Shown piece by piece: positions 1 through 11,300 of a stretch of 64,000 bases of DNA (its first letter is position 1; each line of letters begins with the position of its first letter). The translations under genes were made by a program, and so were the position numbers. Below the pieces are notes generated by a model. That model was not told where the DNA came from. It saw nothing but the letters and a program-made list of their open reading frames with translations, and did no database searches. Source of the stretch: Vicugna vicugna (taxonomy: Eukaryota); the NCBI GenBank assembly GCA_013265495.1, contig MU058198.1, positions 6,711,779 through 6,775,778 of the forward strand. The letters run 5' to 3'.

Positions 1-130
1 TCACATCAAACCCTACGAGATTAGCTTTCTCAAATTACAGATGAGGAAACAAGCAGAGAGGTTAAGTGGCTTGTTCAAAATCACCAAGCTTGCAAGCAGA
101 AGTCAAGTCAGTGGGCCCATATTCCTAACC
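1..130 (-). mobile_element. MIR
   Basis: TTACAGATGAGGAAAC...AGAGAGGTTAAGTGGCTTG. Confidence 0.7.
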
Positions 131-380
131 ACCAGACTCAGATGCCCCTGACTAAATGTGAAGTCCCAGGGAAAAATCCATGAATACTTGTCAGACACAT
201 TACAATCTCTTGCCACCCAGCCCTGAGACCCCTCGGTTTCCCCAACTGCTTCAATCCCTACACGTTTCACAATGCCTCTTTTCGCTACCTGAGTCAGAAG
301 CTTCCCCTCCCATGCCCTAATACCCTACTCCAAACTCTCCCTCATGGGAACCAAAGCCCACATTCTCCATCCCATCTCAC

Positions 381-450
381 CACAGACAGCAGAGGCTTAG
401 TGGGATTGAACTCCTTAGCATTGGGATTCAATGTTGACTTCTTCACTTGT
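381..450 (-). CDS. ATXN2L: ATXN2L exon 15 (PAM2 motif)
   Basis: QVKKSTLNPNAKEFNPTKPLLSV|gtgaga. Confidence 0.95.
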
Positions 451-3400
451 CTACGAGAGAAAAACAAAGTAAATCCTCATGGCTTCCCCTCACCACCCCT
501 GGCACCCACCCAGTTCCCCACACCACTCACTCAGCAACAGGGCCCTCATCCTTGTCATCTCCCTTCATGAGGCTCACTGGGGGGCTGCCGGTTTGGCTTG
601 GGCAAGGTGGAGGGGGCTGATCTGGCCCCTCAGTGCTTCCTGCTGCTGGCAGGGGTGGTTTGTCCTCCTTATCCGATACGGATTCTGTCTTGGAGGAAAC
701 AGGGGACCCCATGGACTCTGAAGTCAAAAGACCATCAACTTCCTTCTCCTTCCCTTTGGCCTCCTCCTTTAGGATCCGGGGAGGAAAAGGATCCAGGCTG
801 GTCTCAGGGGAGCTACTGGGCTGAAGCTGGAAGAAGAGAAACAAATACACAATGAATAGGATACTGTCCAGTCCAGACCCCAGGCTCTGCTTCCTTTCTT
901 CAGTTTTGCTTGCTCTCATCTCTTGACGACACCCAGTGCCTATTCCATAAAACTCCCCCACCCCTCTTCAACTCCATCCTGCTAACATCCTAGCTCATTC
1001 CCACACTTTTCTCACCTTAAACTGGGCCCCAAACTTTCTCAGTTCTTCCAGTTGAAAGCGTTTCTGTTCGTTCTGAAGGCCAGGGACTATGAGAAACAGC
1101 AAACAAACAAACAAACAAACAAAAAAAAAAGGAGAAAACACACATTTCTTTTCTTGAACGTGGCTACACAATGCTAGCATCCCAAAAGACAAAGAAACCA
1201 AAGAAAAAAGGAGCTCTTCAGAATCCTAAGTTAGGATCAAAGACACATACTGTCTGATTCTGAATTCCAACAATTTTCCTAACTGAAATGATCTCCCAAT
1301 CCAAGGGGCAATAGACTCTGGAATAAAAAAAAAAAAAACCCTACCTTTCCCAGCTATCCGGGACAGCTCCTGGGACTCCAGAGTTCTCCCAGGTTCCTTG
1401 GCTGGAAGTTCTTTTACTGAGCAAGAAAAGAGAAGTGCCTGAAGGACCTTCTGTCCAGAAGCAACTTCACACTGTCCACAGCCCTCAACCACATGGCTCT
1501 TACCATCCGTGGGGGCCAGTGAGATCTTTGGAGAAGCTGGGGAAATGGAGCCTACTCCAGGATCCACAACTGCTGATGTCACAGGGATGGAAGCTGAAGA
1601 GGTTGGTACTGCTGAGCCGATGGGAGGCTCTGGACAGGAAGCTGAGATTGGGGCAGGGGCAGCTGACTTGGGAGAGCGTGGGGGGTACATCCGGCCCACT
1701 GGAAGAAATGGGAGAACTGTGTGATGGTCACTGCTGGTCACTGAGCAATGGATACCGGGGACTCACTAGAAACACCAAGAAAAGTTTATCCACAAGGTCA
1801 CAAACACAACCAGACAGCAAGAAAGGTTGAGTGTTGGCAGAACTTTCTGTATCTCAGAAGAAATTAGAAGTTTTCTATGATTTCTCCTGCCTTAAAATGT
1901 TGGCAACTAACTTAAACAAAAAACAACTGCCAACCAGAAAACCCACGGACTGCCATGTTGGAAATTCTGCATGAGGGAAACTCAAAAAATTCTTTCCTAG
2001 AAAAGCGTAAATCCAAGCCTCCAAAACACCCGTACCCTACAACTGTCTTCCATCACAGCACTCTAACAACTGACATGCTTACATCCCTTTACAAATTTCT
2101 ATCCATTTCTTCATGTAACAACACTGAATTCTTACCTGCAGCAGGAGGTGGAACAGAAGCTTCTCCAGAAGGCCTGCTGCTGGGAGAAGAGAGAGTCTTG
2201 GCACCTCTCAGAGGCCGCTGTGCCTTAGGGGACATGCGGGAGGGACCTATTTTTTTTTTTTTAAAGATGGGAAAAAAGAGGCAGAGTTTCTGCTATTACA
2301 TTACCATCAATGCATCTTCCTTCCAACCCATCTAAATCTTTTTAATTATCTTTCCCACCTCCTTACTATCCCCTTCCTTGCCCCCAACAAAAGCCTGCTT
2401 CATAACTCACCTCCATTGATACCACGTGTCTCAGAACCTGGGCCGGGACTGCTATTGTCAAGATGGTGAGGACCACGAGGTGGCAAAGAGCTAAGGCCAG
2501 GACGGCCACCCCGAGAGCTACTGCATCGAACTCCTCCCCGGGGACCTTCCCGAACTCGTTGGGGTAGAGGGATATACTTTCCCTCCCTGGGGGAGAGAGT
2601 TCAAATAAGATCAAGTAGCCACAAAACTCACATTTTACAAATATGAAGCCCTCCTTTTAAAGTCCACCTCTTGCCACACATACACACACACACACACACA
2701 TACACACGCATGCCTGGCTTCAGCTTTCTGTACTATTCCACTTGAAGATCTGTCTTGGTTATAAGTTCTGTAGCTCCCGGACTATGAACCTATGTTGTAT
2801 CAACCCCTGACCAGACCAACCTGGCCAGTGCTCCACAATTCTACCTCTCCTGATCTAGGAAAAAGGTAGTATTACACTGTGGTTAAGGTGAAGCTTTTAC
2901 AAGCTACAATACTCTTTGATTTATGGAAATGAAATCAAAGTATAAGACATACACATGGATGAACATGCAGAGAAAAAGAATATGCATCAAAAAGCTGAAA
3001 AACACTTGTCTTTAAATCCTTAAGCTTTAGCATCGTTACCTTGGGCAAACTATTTAACAGTTCTAGGCTTCAGTCTCCTAAACCTAAAAATTGGGCATAA
3101 CTGTGTTAACCTATACGGTTGTGAGGCTTCAACAAGAGCGTACCATCAATAAAAAATGTTAAAAAAAAAATATGTCCATGTATGACTGAAAAATTGTGCT
3201 GAACACTGGAATTTGATACAACATTGTAAAATGATTATAAATCAATAAAAAATGTTAAAAAAAAAGAAAAAGAAAAAAGAGCGTACCAAGCTCCTGGCCC
3301 ATATGGTGAGCCTGAGCCCCACCAGACCAGCCACCCCCAGCAATCACCTCGATGCCAAGCTGGGGCTCTCTCGCCCTGAACCCTGCCGCTGAACTGCGCT

Positions 3401-6400
3401 GTGCTTCTCCTCCTCCGTGCGCCCATCATCGTTCTCCATGGCGATCCTCAGGCGGTACTGGGGGCTCGATTCAATCTCTCGAGCCAACTGGGCTGCACGC
3501 AGCTCCCTTTGTCGAAATTCTTCTGAGTTGTCCTTCTCTAAGGGCACACTGAGAGGACCACCCAAGAGGGGAAAAAGGGAAGAAATTTCTATCAGTCCTA
3601 TCACCAGCTTAGACATAACATGGTTTAAATCCTTCAACAACTCAGCATACAGTGACCTGGCATCTAGAAGGGTCCCAGGCTGAGCGGCAAGGCATATCTC
3701 TGAATCTGAGGGACACTTAGACACATATGTAAGTTTGTTAAAATTCTACAGGAAAAGTATGGACCGATGAACAAGAAAACAGTTAACTCTACCCATGGAA
3801 TCAAGGTTAAGAGAAAGAGAAACACCTTTGAGGGAAGAGTTCAAAAGGCAGATCAGAAGTGAGGAGAGGGCAAACTGGACCCCTAGAAAAGAATGAACAA
3901 AAGCTATGTTCCACCTAGAGACCTGCCTTCTGTTAGTGACCTCACATCTCAAACTGCACCAAGTGGGAAGGACAAAGAGACACTCACGTATAAGAAGAGA
4001 GACTGCTGTCATAGGTGGTCTTCACACCATAGTTCTCCTCATTGAACTTGAACATTTCATTGGGGTCCCATCCATTGGACTAGGGGAGGAGGGAGAATGT
4101 TTTAAAACACAGCAAAGAAAGCAACAATAACTTGTCTTTCTCCTTCATTAGGTTACTTTTAAAATCTAATTTAATCAAAATATTAAAAATCTGACCAAAC
4201 CAAGCTGATTGCAGCACAAACTGGCAACAGCTAGTAAAAGACAAGTCTTAAGACCTAATGGCCATTTCCAGGGTTATATCTCAGAGAAATTCTGGCATAT
4301 GTGCATGGGGATATACATTCTAAAAATTCAGTAAAGCACTATTTTTAATACTAAAATAATGGCAAAAAACACCAATTAGTAAAGAAAGACATTAAATACA
4401 ATTTGTTGTGTATACGTACATGTGTATGTATATAAACAGAATACATAATAGTTAAAAGCAATAACTAGATCTACATATCTACATGAAAAATTCAGAAACA
4501 GGCAGGAAAAATAAATTTTGAGCAAATTAATATAGTGGAATAACAAGGCGCTCACTCGTGAGAAATTTTAAATGATTCAAGGTAGTTGTTTCTGGGAAAA
4601 GAATGGGCCTACACAGTACTCAATCTCTATACCCACTCTTTTTAACGCTGGAAAAAACTGACTTGAGGCAAGCACTGAGGTTGTCAATCACAGACAGCAG
4701 AAGTACAGGTTGTTTTTTGGGGGGAGGGGGTCAGATTTATTTATGTATGAGTTTTTTTAAATGGAGATACTGAGGATTGAGCCCTTGTGCATGCTAAGCA
4801 CACACTCTACTGCTAAGCTATACCCTCCCCCATGGAACAGGTATTTTTGTTTTGTTATTTTCTTTACCTTTCCATTGGAATCTTACTGCCGTCAATAGTC
4901 AATAGTAAAAGATTTCCCTCCCTGCCCACCCTAGCAACTCTTGGTTCCAAGAATGATGTCACTGTCAACAACCCACACTCTGGCAGCAGAGCCCCACAGC
5001 TCTCAGGTTCTCAGAGGAAGGGGACTGTACCATGTCAGACTCGAGGTCGTAGTCATCGCTGTTGCTGTCGCCCCCCTCCCAACGCTGAAGCACCTTCTCT
5101 TTGTGCTCCCCATTCACCTTCGAGTTCATGGCAATGGCTGAATCAGTGAACTTGTCTGTGGGGACAGGTTAAAGATCAGGAGTCAGCTGATACCTCACAG
5201 ACTTCTTTCCAACACCCCCACCCCCATCGGAGCAAAGAAAAGTTTATGTGTGTCAGAGTTCAGGGGTGGGGGCGAGGCGTAGGGTGCAGCATAAAAAGCC
5301 TCATCTTGAAGAGTTCAATAAATAAAAATAAATAAATAAATAAATAAATAATAAAAACAAAACAACCACTGTATCTTAAGACATCAAGACATATTCTCAA
5401 GAAGAAAAACCAGCCATCTTCCTTAGAAATAAATAAAGATGTTAAAGCAAAGGAGAGAAGAGAAAAATCAAATCATGTTACTGTTCTATGCTCTCTACTC
5501 AAGAAATGGGTCTGACACAATAGCCTTGCCCAATAAATACCTTTAGTAGCATAATTGAAGTCAACATTTCGGAAGTGGACAAGCATGACATCACTTGGCT
5601 TAAATACCATGGTATCCACTATGTCCTCCCGACGAGGACCACCTGCTGGCTCAGATGCTTTCCGGTGCACAGCGTCTACTGCCAGTTCAAACTGCAAGAG
5701 TCCCATTTCCCAACACCCAAGGTCAGGATCAAGAAACGTGAAGGCAAAAATATGACTACTTCTATTTTACCCTTTCTAAACTTTGCCCAACACCACATTC
5801 TCATGTGCATTGTCTTCTCAACATCAGCCACAGAATTTAACAAAAGTTCCAAACTTAAAAATTCATTTTTAAATTTGACCATTTTTAACATCAAAGTACC
5901 CTGCCCTCAAATTTCAAACTCATGTCTTTTATTGCCTTCAGCACTTCCCGGCACAGGCCTACAATAATGAGCACAGCCGCAATATCGTCCAACACCACTC
6001 AATTCACTTCTTCAATGAGCCTACTCTACTCTCCTCCTCCTTCTCCCATGGAACTCCAAAAATAAGCTAATTGGAGTAACCTACCTTTGAGCTCAGTGTC
6101 TTGAAGATACCTTCATAGGTGGTACCATTCTTCACCTTTACATCACAAGTGGAGCCCTGAAAGAGTGGGGGGAAAAAGAAAAGTGCCTCCAGCAAACTGA
6201 TGCATTACATTCCTCAACCCAGGAGTTAGGTACGCACTTACCACAACAGCTGTAAGGAAATGTAGCATTCTGGAATTGTTGTAGACACCCTCAAACACCT
6301 GTCAGTAATACAGGAGAGACAAATAAATGAACAGCCAGTCAACATCTCACCCTCCTTCTAAATGCCCATACTCCACTCTACCTACATTGTATGTACTGGG

Positions 6401-8370
6401 TCCCCTGCCTTCTGAACCCATCTGAATATTTCTGCACCTAATCTGCTTTATATCCCCACATATGCATCTTTTAGGTGTCTGTGCATTAGTTGGAGGTGGG
6501 GGGAGGCACTCACCGGTGACTGTGGGGGTCCCTTTCCTGTGCTTTGTCCCCTGTAGGAGAAAGAAATAAGAAACTTGTTATTTAAATATCTTCAACCCTT
6601 TCTATACAATTGATTTCAAAGGACTTGGTATGCTAGAACCACATACCACGTGAAGATGAACATTTAGGCAACAAATCAATTAATCCAACAAGATTTTCAA
6701 ACTCTCACCTTACAGAGGAAGAAACACAGTCCTTAAAAGCCGTTTCTTCCAAATGCCAGTAAAACAGACCTCAATCATCAACGGTTGTCTATTGCTTTAA
6801 GAGCCAATTCAACACAACCTTTTCACCTTCTCCAAGAGGGCCAGGGCTGCATGCTTCCAACAGACAAATGCTACAGTATTCGATAACTAATAACCGACCC
6901 CGGATATAAAGGTGGAAGCTCAAGGAGTGCAGATTTGGAACTACCTAGGTCAGGCATATTACCACCCCAACAGAAAAGATCATCATTTCCCGCAGCCTTA
7001 CTCCCTAAACCCTCGGAGAAGGTTACTCCCTCTACAATCCACCCTCTAGACCTCTTTACTCATTCTGCCTGTTACCCACTCTGGGAGGGGTCATCAATCG
7101 CCCGGTAGCCCTGCTCCTCGCTGGCTGATGTAACCGGCGGTTGGAATAGGGCGATCAGGGGGCCGTTGGCGGGGCTGGGGGACAGCGCAGCCGCAAAGCT
7201 ATCCACCGGGAGGCCTCGCCCGGTCTGCGCCTGCGCATTAAAGCCCACAGGTTTCTTCAAAATCCCCCCTCCCGCGATCAGAACCAACTGCGCCTGCGTA
7301 TACCTCTACTCCCAATTCCATAAACCCACACATAGACGAAACCGAGTAGGGTGTGCACCACTCATCCAAGAACACCAGGTTAACCTGTCCACGCACACTC
7401 CCAGCCGCTGCCCTATATGTTACTCGGGGCTCGAGAATGGCCAGGTCATAAGAGCATCCGCGCGCACGTACGGGCAGAGCGCGCGCGCGCGCTGGAGGTT
7501 CCTGGTCCGCAGTCCTCCCAGTTTTGTCACTCCTTCCTCCCCCCCCCCGCCCACCCCGCTCCCCTCCTACTGGTCAGACTGGGAAGGGGGAGGTAGCAAC
7601 TAGCTCCCAAGTCCCTCCCTCCCCATTGGCCAAACTGTGGGCCGCGCGCCCCCCTCCATTGGCTACGGCCAGGGACCCCTTCCCGCAGCTGACTCCCCAT
7701 TGGCTGAAGCCGGGGACCGCGAGACCCTTCGTGGTAATGGAGCTGGGGACCCCGATCACCTCCTCAGCCCCCCCAACTCCTCGTTCCGACGCCGCTGGCG
7801 GGATGCACTCCGCCTGCCCTTTAGGCTAAGGCCCCGAGTCCTGACTAGGCTCTCAAGAGCTGAGCACGGCCCCTAAATGCCCCTGTGGCCACCCGGGAAC
7901 CCTGTTACTCCGACCTGTTAGGACCTGAGGGGGCCCACCGCTAGCTTCACGGGATCTTCCCACTCCCTCTGGTGCCTCTCAAAGGTAGCCAGGCTACAAG
8001 TCCGCCTCGCGCGGTGTACAGGTCTCGGGCACCTCGGATACAGCGCCCGGAAACCCACCCATCCTCACCTGGCGCTGCCGATGGCCGCTGCCCCTGTCCT
8101 CTCCTGATGTTGCTGCTGCTGCGGCGGCGGCTGCGGTGCCAAGATGCCCTCGGCTCCCCGGCGGAGCCCGCTCCCGGCAGCGGCTGCAGGCCCCAGACAA
8201 GGAGAAGCGGCGGCAGGAGGCCCTGGGGGAGCCGAGGTGGAGGCCAGGGGCCCCGGGAGGCCGCCGTTGGGAGGGCTGGTGCCCCCGGGAGGCCGGCGGG
8301 CCACGGCCTGTTGCGTGGGGGGCGGCTGCTGGGGCTGGGAGGTCTGTTGTGGCGGCTGAGGCTTCAACAT
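381..8370 (-). CDS. ATXN2L: Ataxin-2-like protein, coding exons 1-15 (gene continues beyond the left edge)
   Basis: Spliced translation starts MLKPQPPQQ and includes the LSm region (VFEGVYNNSRMLHFLTAVVGSTCDVKVKNG), the LsmAD region (YGVKTTYDSSLSSYTVPLEKDNSEEF) and the PAM2 motif (STLNPNAKEFNP). Exons: 8370-8069, 6550-6514, 6298-6242, 6156-6085, 5691-5541, 5155-5031, 4079-3988, 3548-3348, 2586-2411, 2246-2136, 1716(or 1698)-1504, 1416-1345, 1086-1016, 826-531, 450-381. All GT-AG with consistent phases. Confidence 0.97.
531..826 (-). CDS. ATXN2L: ATXN2L exon 14
   Basis: LQPSSSPETSLDPFPPRILKEE...DEGPVAE|gtgagt. Confidence 0.95.
1016..1086 (-). CDS. ATXN2L: ATXN2L exon 13
   Basis: VPGLQNEQKRFQLEELRKFGAQFK|gtgaga. 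Confidence 0.95.
1345..1416 (-). CDS. ATXN2L: ATXN2L exon 12
   Basis: VKELPAKEPGRTLESQELSRIAGK|gtaggg. Confidence 0.93.
1504..1716 (-). CDS. ATXN2L: ATXN2L exon 11 (two in-frame acceptors, 1716 and 1698)
   Basis: (VLPFLP)VGRMYPPRSPKSAAPAP...SLAPTD|gtaaga. Confidence 0.9.
2136..2246 (-). CDS. ATXN2L: ATXN2L exon 10
   Basis: GPSRMSPKAQRPLRGAKTLSSP...PPPAA|gtaaga; acceptor is preceded by an A13 run. Confidence 0.92.
2411..2586 (-). CDS. ATXN2L: ATXN2L exon 9
   Basis: EGKYIPLPQRVREGPRGG...GING|gtgagt. Confidence 0.93.
2675..2710. repeat. (CA)n microsatellite, interrupted
   Basis: CACACATACACACACA... Confidence 0.85.
3146..3276 (+). mobile_element. Ultra-short L1 3'-end insertion with 12-bp TSD
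   Basis: AAGAGCGTACCA at 3134-3145 and 3277-3288. Confidence 0.75.
3348..3548 (-). CDS. ATXN2L: ATXN2L exon 8
   Basis: VPLEKDNSEEFRQRELRAAQLAREIE...SPSLASR|gtgatt. Confidence 0.95.
3988..4079 (-). CDS. ATXN2L: ATXN2L exon 7
   Basis: SNGWDPNEMFKFNEENYGVKTTYDSSLSSYT|gtgagt. Confidence 0.95.
4711..4831 (-). mobile_element. Vic-1-like tRNA-derived SINE
   Basis: Reverse complement of GGGGAGGGTATAGCT...GTAGAGTGTGTGCTTAGCATGCAC...TCAATCCTCAGTATCTCC. Confidence 0.8.
5031..5155 (-). CDS. ATXN2L: ATXN2L exon 6
   Basis: DKFTDSAIAMNSKVNGEHKEKVLQRWEGGDSNSDDYDLESDM|gtacag. Confidence 0.95.
5541..5691 (-). CDS. ATXN2L: ATXN2L exon 5
   Basis: FELAVDAVHRK...VDFNYATK|gtattt. Confidence 0.95.
6085..6156 (-). 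CDS. ATXN2L: ATXN2L exon 4
   Basis: GSTCDVKVKNGTTYEGIFKTLSSK|gtaggt. Confidence 0.95.
6242..6298 (-). CDS. ATXN2L: ATXN2L exon 3
   Basis: VFEGVYNNSRMLHFLTAVV|gtaagt. Confidence 0.95.
6514..6550 (-). CDS. ATXN2L: ATXN2L exon 2
   Basis: ctacag|G GQSTGKGPPQSP|gtgagt. Confidence 0.93.
7226..7703 (-). promoter_or_regulatory. Intronic promoter-like module: three NF-Y CCAAT boxes and two NRF1-like sites
   Basis: RGCCAATGG on minus strand (ATTGG at 7625, 7658, 7699); TGCGCCTGCGCA at 7226-7237 and TGCGCCTGCGTA at 7289-7300. Confidence 0.6.
8069..8370 (-). CDS. ATXN2L: ATXN2L coding exon 1
   Basis: ATG at 8370; MLKPQPPQQ...AAAIGSAR; donor AG|gtgagg. Confidence 0.95.
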
Positions 8371-11300
8371 GATGGCAGCGTCCGGAAGGGGAATTAGGGG
8401 GAAGGGAGGGAGAGAGGAGTCCGGGGCTGGGCCCCCGCTGGAGAGCGCGGGAAGCGAAGGGGACTGGGAAGCTGGGGACCCGCCGTTGGCGGGCGGGGGC
8501 GAGCCCCGCGGTGTCGGGGTTGGATAGAGAAGACCGCGGCGCGAGGAAGCGCCGCGAGGCGGAAGGGGAGGGGGTCTCGCGGGCCAGAGGAAAGCGAGAG
8601 GGCGCGAGCCGGCTTCGCGCGCGTGCGCGTCGCCGGGGAAAGGGGGAGGGGAGGAGCGCGCGGGCGGGAGCTCCCGAAGGGGGAGGGGCGGGGAGGAGGG
8701 AGCGGCGGCGCGAGATGTCCGCGCGCACCGGGGCGGTTAGCTCCCGGCGGGAGAGGAGGGAATAAAGAAAGGTGAATCTCGCGCCCCTAGTCTTTGGAGT
8801 GGGAAAGGAGCAGCGCAGGCGCTTACGCGCTACAAGGATTTAGAGCCTCTAGGTCTCAAGTAGCTCTGAAGGCTGCCGGCCGAAGCCGCTTCACAATGAG
8901 CGTGTGAAGCGCTGGGGGAGGAGCCGAAGAATCAGAGAGGAAGGAAGAACCGGCCGCCCCGCCCACGCCGCCGGCGTAGCGTCGGGATGCCTCCGCAGTC
9001 GTGTGAGAAGTAGCGACGTAGCGTGCAGTTCTTCCGCCTTTTAGGGGCCCATGGGCGGAGTTTGGGTGTAAAGAAGTCCCGGGACTAGACCAGGGAATTC
9101 TTAGACTTGTGGTAGGTTTCTTGAAGAGCTACTCTCAACCACATCTGCTTTTACATAAAACACTGATGAGCATTCAAGTTATCAGTTTGAGGATGCTGAT
9201 CTTTGGAGATAAATCTATGCTTAATTCGAAATTATTTTAATGATTTTCAACCTAATGGTTTCTCCATGCCCTAGAATGAACCCTTAAACGGTAACAATAA
9301 AGAGACTGAAGACGAAGGTTCCTAGCGTCTAGTTCAAAATCCGCCACCCAACTCTGCAATGAAGGTAAACTCATTCATTCAAATTAGTTGGGCATTAGGA
9401 CATTAGGCTAGGTGCTCTGGATGTAACTGTGATTAAACCACTTCCTGCCCTCAAGGAGTTCAAAGTAGTGGTAGAGTCAGACAATTAGATGAGATCTACT
9501 AGGTAAAAGCACATAGCACTATAAGAGTAGTTGGGAGTGCCACCTAATTCAGCGTTTGGTGATGGATTTCTAGGCAGGGGGAACAGGATGTGACCTGGTA
9601 ACAAAGCTTCAGGGTGTCTGGAGTATAAAATTAAAGGAGGAGGTTTAAATAAAATGAAACTGGAAAGGTAAGTAACCTGGGACCAGATTTGAAAGAGACA
9701 TGGACATTATCCTCAAAGCAGTGGGGAGCCTTTTACAGAAAATGAAGAGATCAGATTTGAATTTTTGAAGGATTACTCGGCAAGGTGGAGCATGGAGTGG
9801 AGCAGTGATGGGTCTGTGGTCCCATCAAAACTTTTACTATCTCAATTTCTCTTCACTCCAGGCGTTAGCGCTGGAACTCTTCCAACACTCAAGTCTCCCC
9901 TAAATGCACACACACTTAGCTAAAAGTTTGCCTTACTCTTTAGGCAATATTCCTTCACCCTGCCTCATTCCTAGCTTTGAGAGTGTTAGGGTCCCTTCCT
10001 GTGTGTTTGCCCAGCGGTTTTCCTCACTTTATTCTAGGAGCTCCTTTCATTCTGTCTTCCTGCTGTATCAGCACCCTAAAGATTGGGATCTTACTTTAAC
10101 TGCTCCTTCTGCAATACCTAGCATGATACAGGCAGTCAACTAAATACTTGTGAATGAGTCCAAGTGGCATTTTAAAGACCATGTCTCTTGGACCTCTAAA
10201 TAACACAGTCCAACTTTTTCCTGGCATCACCTGCACCACCTGGTGCCATGCCACCTCTCTGGTCTCATTTTCGACACTCCTGTCTCCCCCACCTACATCC
10301 TGCTCCCACACCCTTCTAAGTTTCGGCCCCACTTAACTCTCATTTCTACCATATGCCTTGCCCTTATTCAACTCTGCCTTTACACATGCTGTTTCTTCAT
10401 CTAGTCCTCATTCTTCAAGCTCAGGTGTCAGTCCTTTTGAACATCTTGTTATTGACTTCTGGGCTCCCAGAGCACTGTAATGGTTTTCTTTCTATGGCTC
10501 CCTTTTCTATTGGAGCCTGAGCTCATTAAGGTCAGGGGCTGCATTTTACTTACTTCCCTATCCTTCATGTCTAGCTTAGTGGCTGGCACACAGTCACTCA
10601 ATAAATTGAGGAATGAAGTGTTGTCTTATTATATGCAATTTAGAAATTACATCACTGTGATTTGCTATGGAGTGATTTCCAGGATATATTAAGTGAAGAA
10701 AGCAAAGTTCAAAAGAGCATAAACTGTGCTAGCTTTTGCACAAGGAAGAAGAGGAAGTAAGAAAACAAATGTATCTGCAAATTCTTGCAAAGAAAAACAC
10801 AAGAAGGATAAACCAAAAACTAATAAAATTTAGCATCTGTGAGAGGTAGGGGAAAATGAGGGTTCCTTGGTTGTTGAGCTACATCCTTCTTGTTGAAGGA
10901 AACAACAGAGCCCTGATTGGGGAGAGGTAGGCACTTCTTTGAGTAGGCCTTTTCATATAGTTTTTTTGACTTTTCATATCATGTTATTGGTCAACATATT
11001 AAAAAAAATTGAATTAACAGAAACAGAGTACCTAAAATCTGAATACAAGCATAAATAAATGAGCCCAACTCTTATTTTAGGTAAATTAAAAATAACACCC
11101 TGAAGGGGAAAAGATAGAACTAATTCAAGTAACTTTCAGGCACCTTCAAGAAAAAAATTACTGCAAACCTTTAATTCTTAAGTCAGTTTGCTATAGTGGT
11201 CAGGGCATGGCAATTCTGAACCTATTTGGGGTGTATTGTAGGATTGAACACACAAGTAAATGTGTAGACATTGTTGGAAGCCATGGTTCTCACTGGGGAG

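Larger units (their letters stand above)
7030..9080. promoter_or_regulatory. CpG island / ATXN2L promoter
   Basis: Very GC- and CpG-rich stretch covering exon 1, its upstream region and proximal intron 1; GC boxes near 8956 and 9053; NRF1-like GCGCAGGCGC near 8812. Confidence 0.85.

Noticed and set aside
7994..8728. 244-aa minus-strand ORF and several plus-strand ORFs over ATXN2L exon 1
   Set aside because: Non-ATG start, out of frame with ATXN2L; long stop-free frames are expected in a CpG island.
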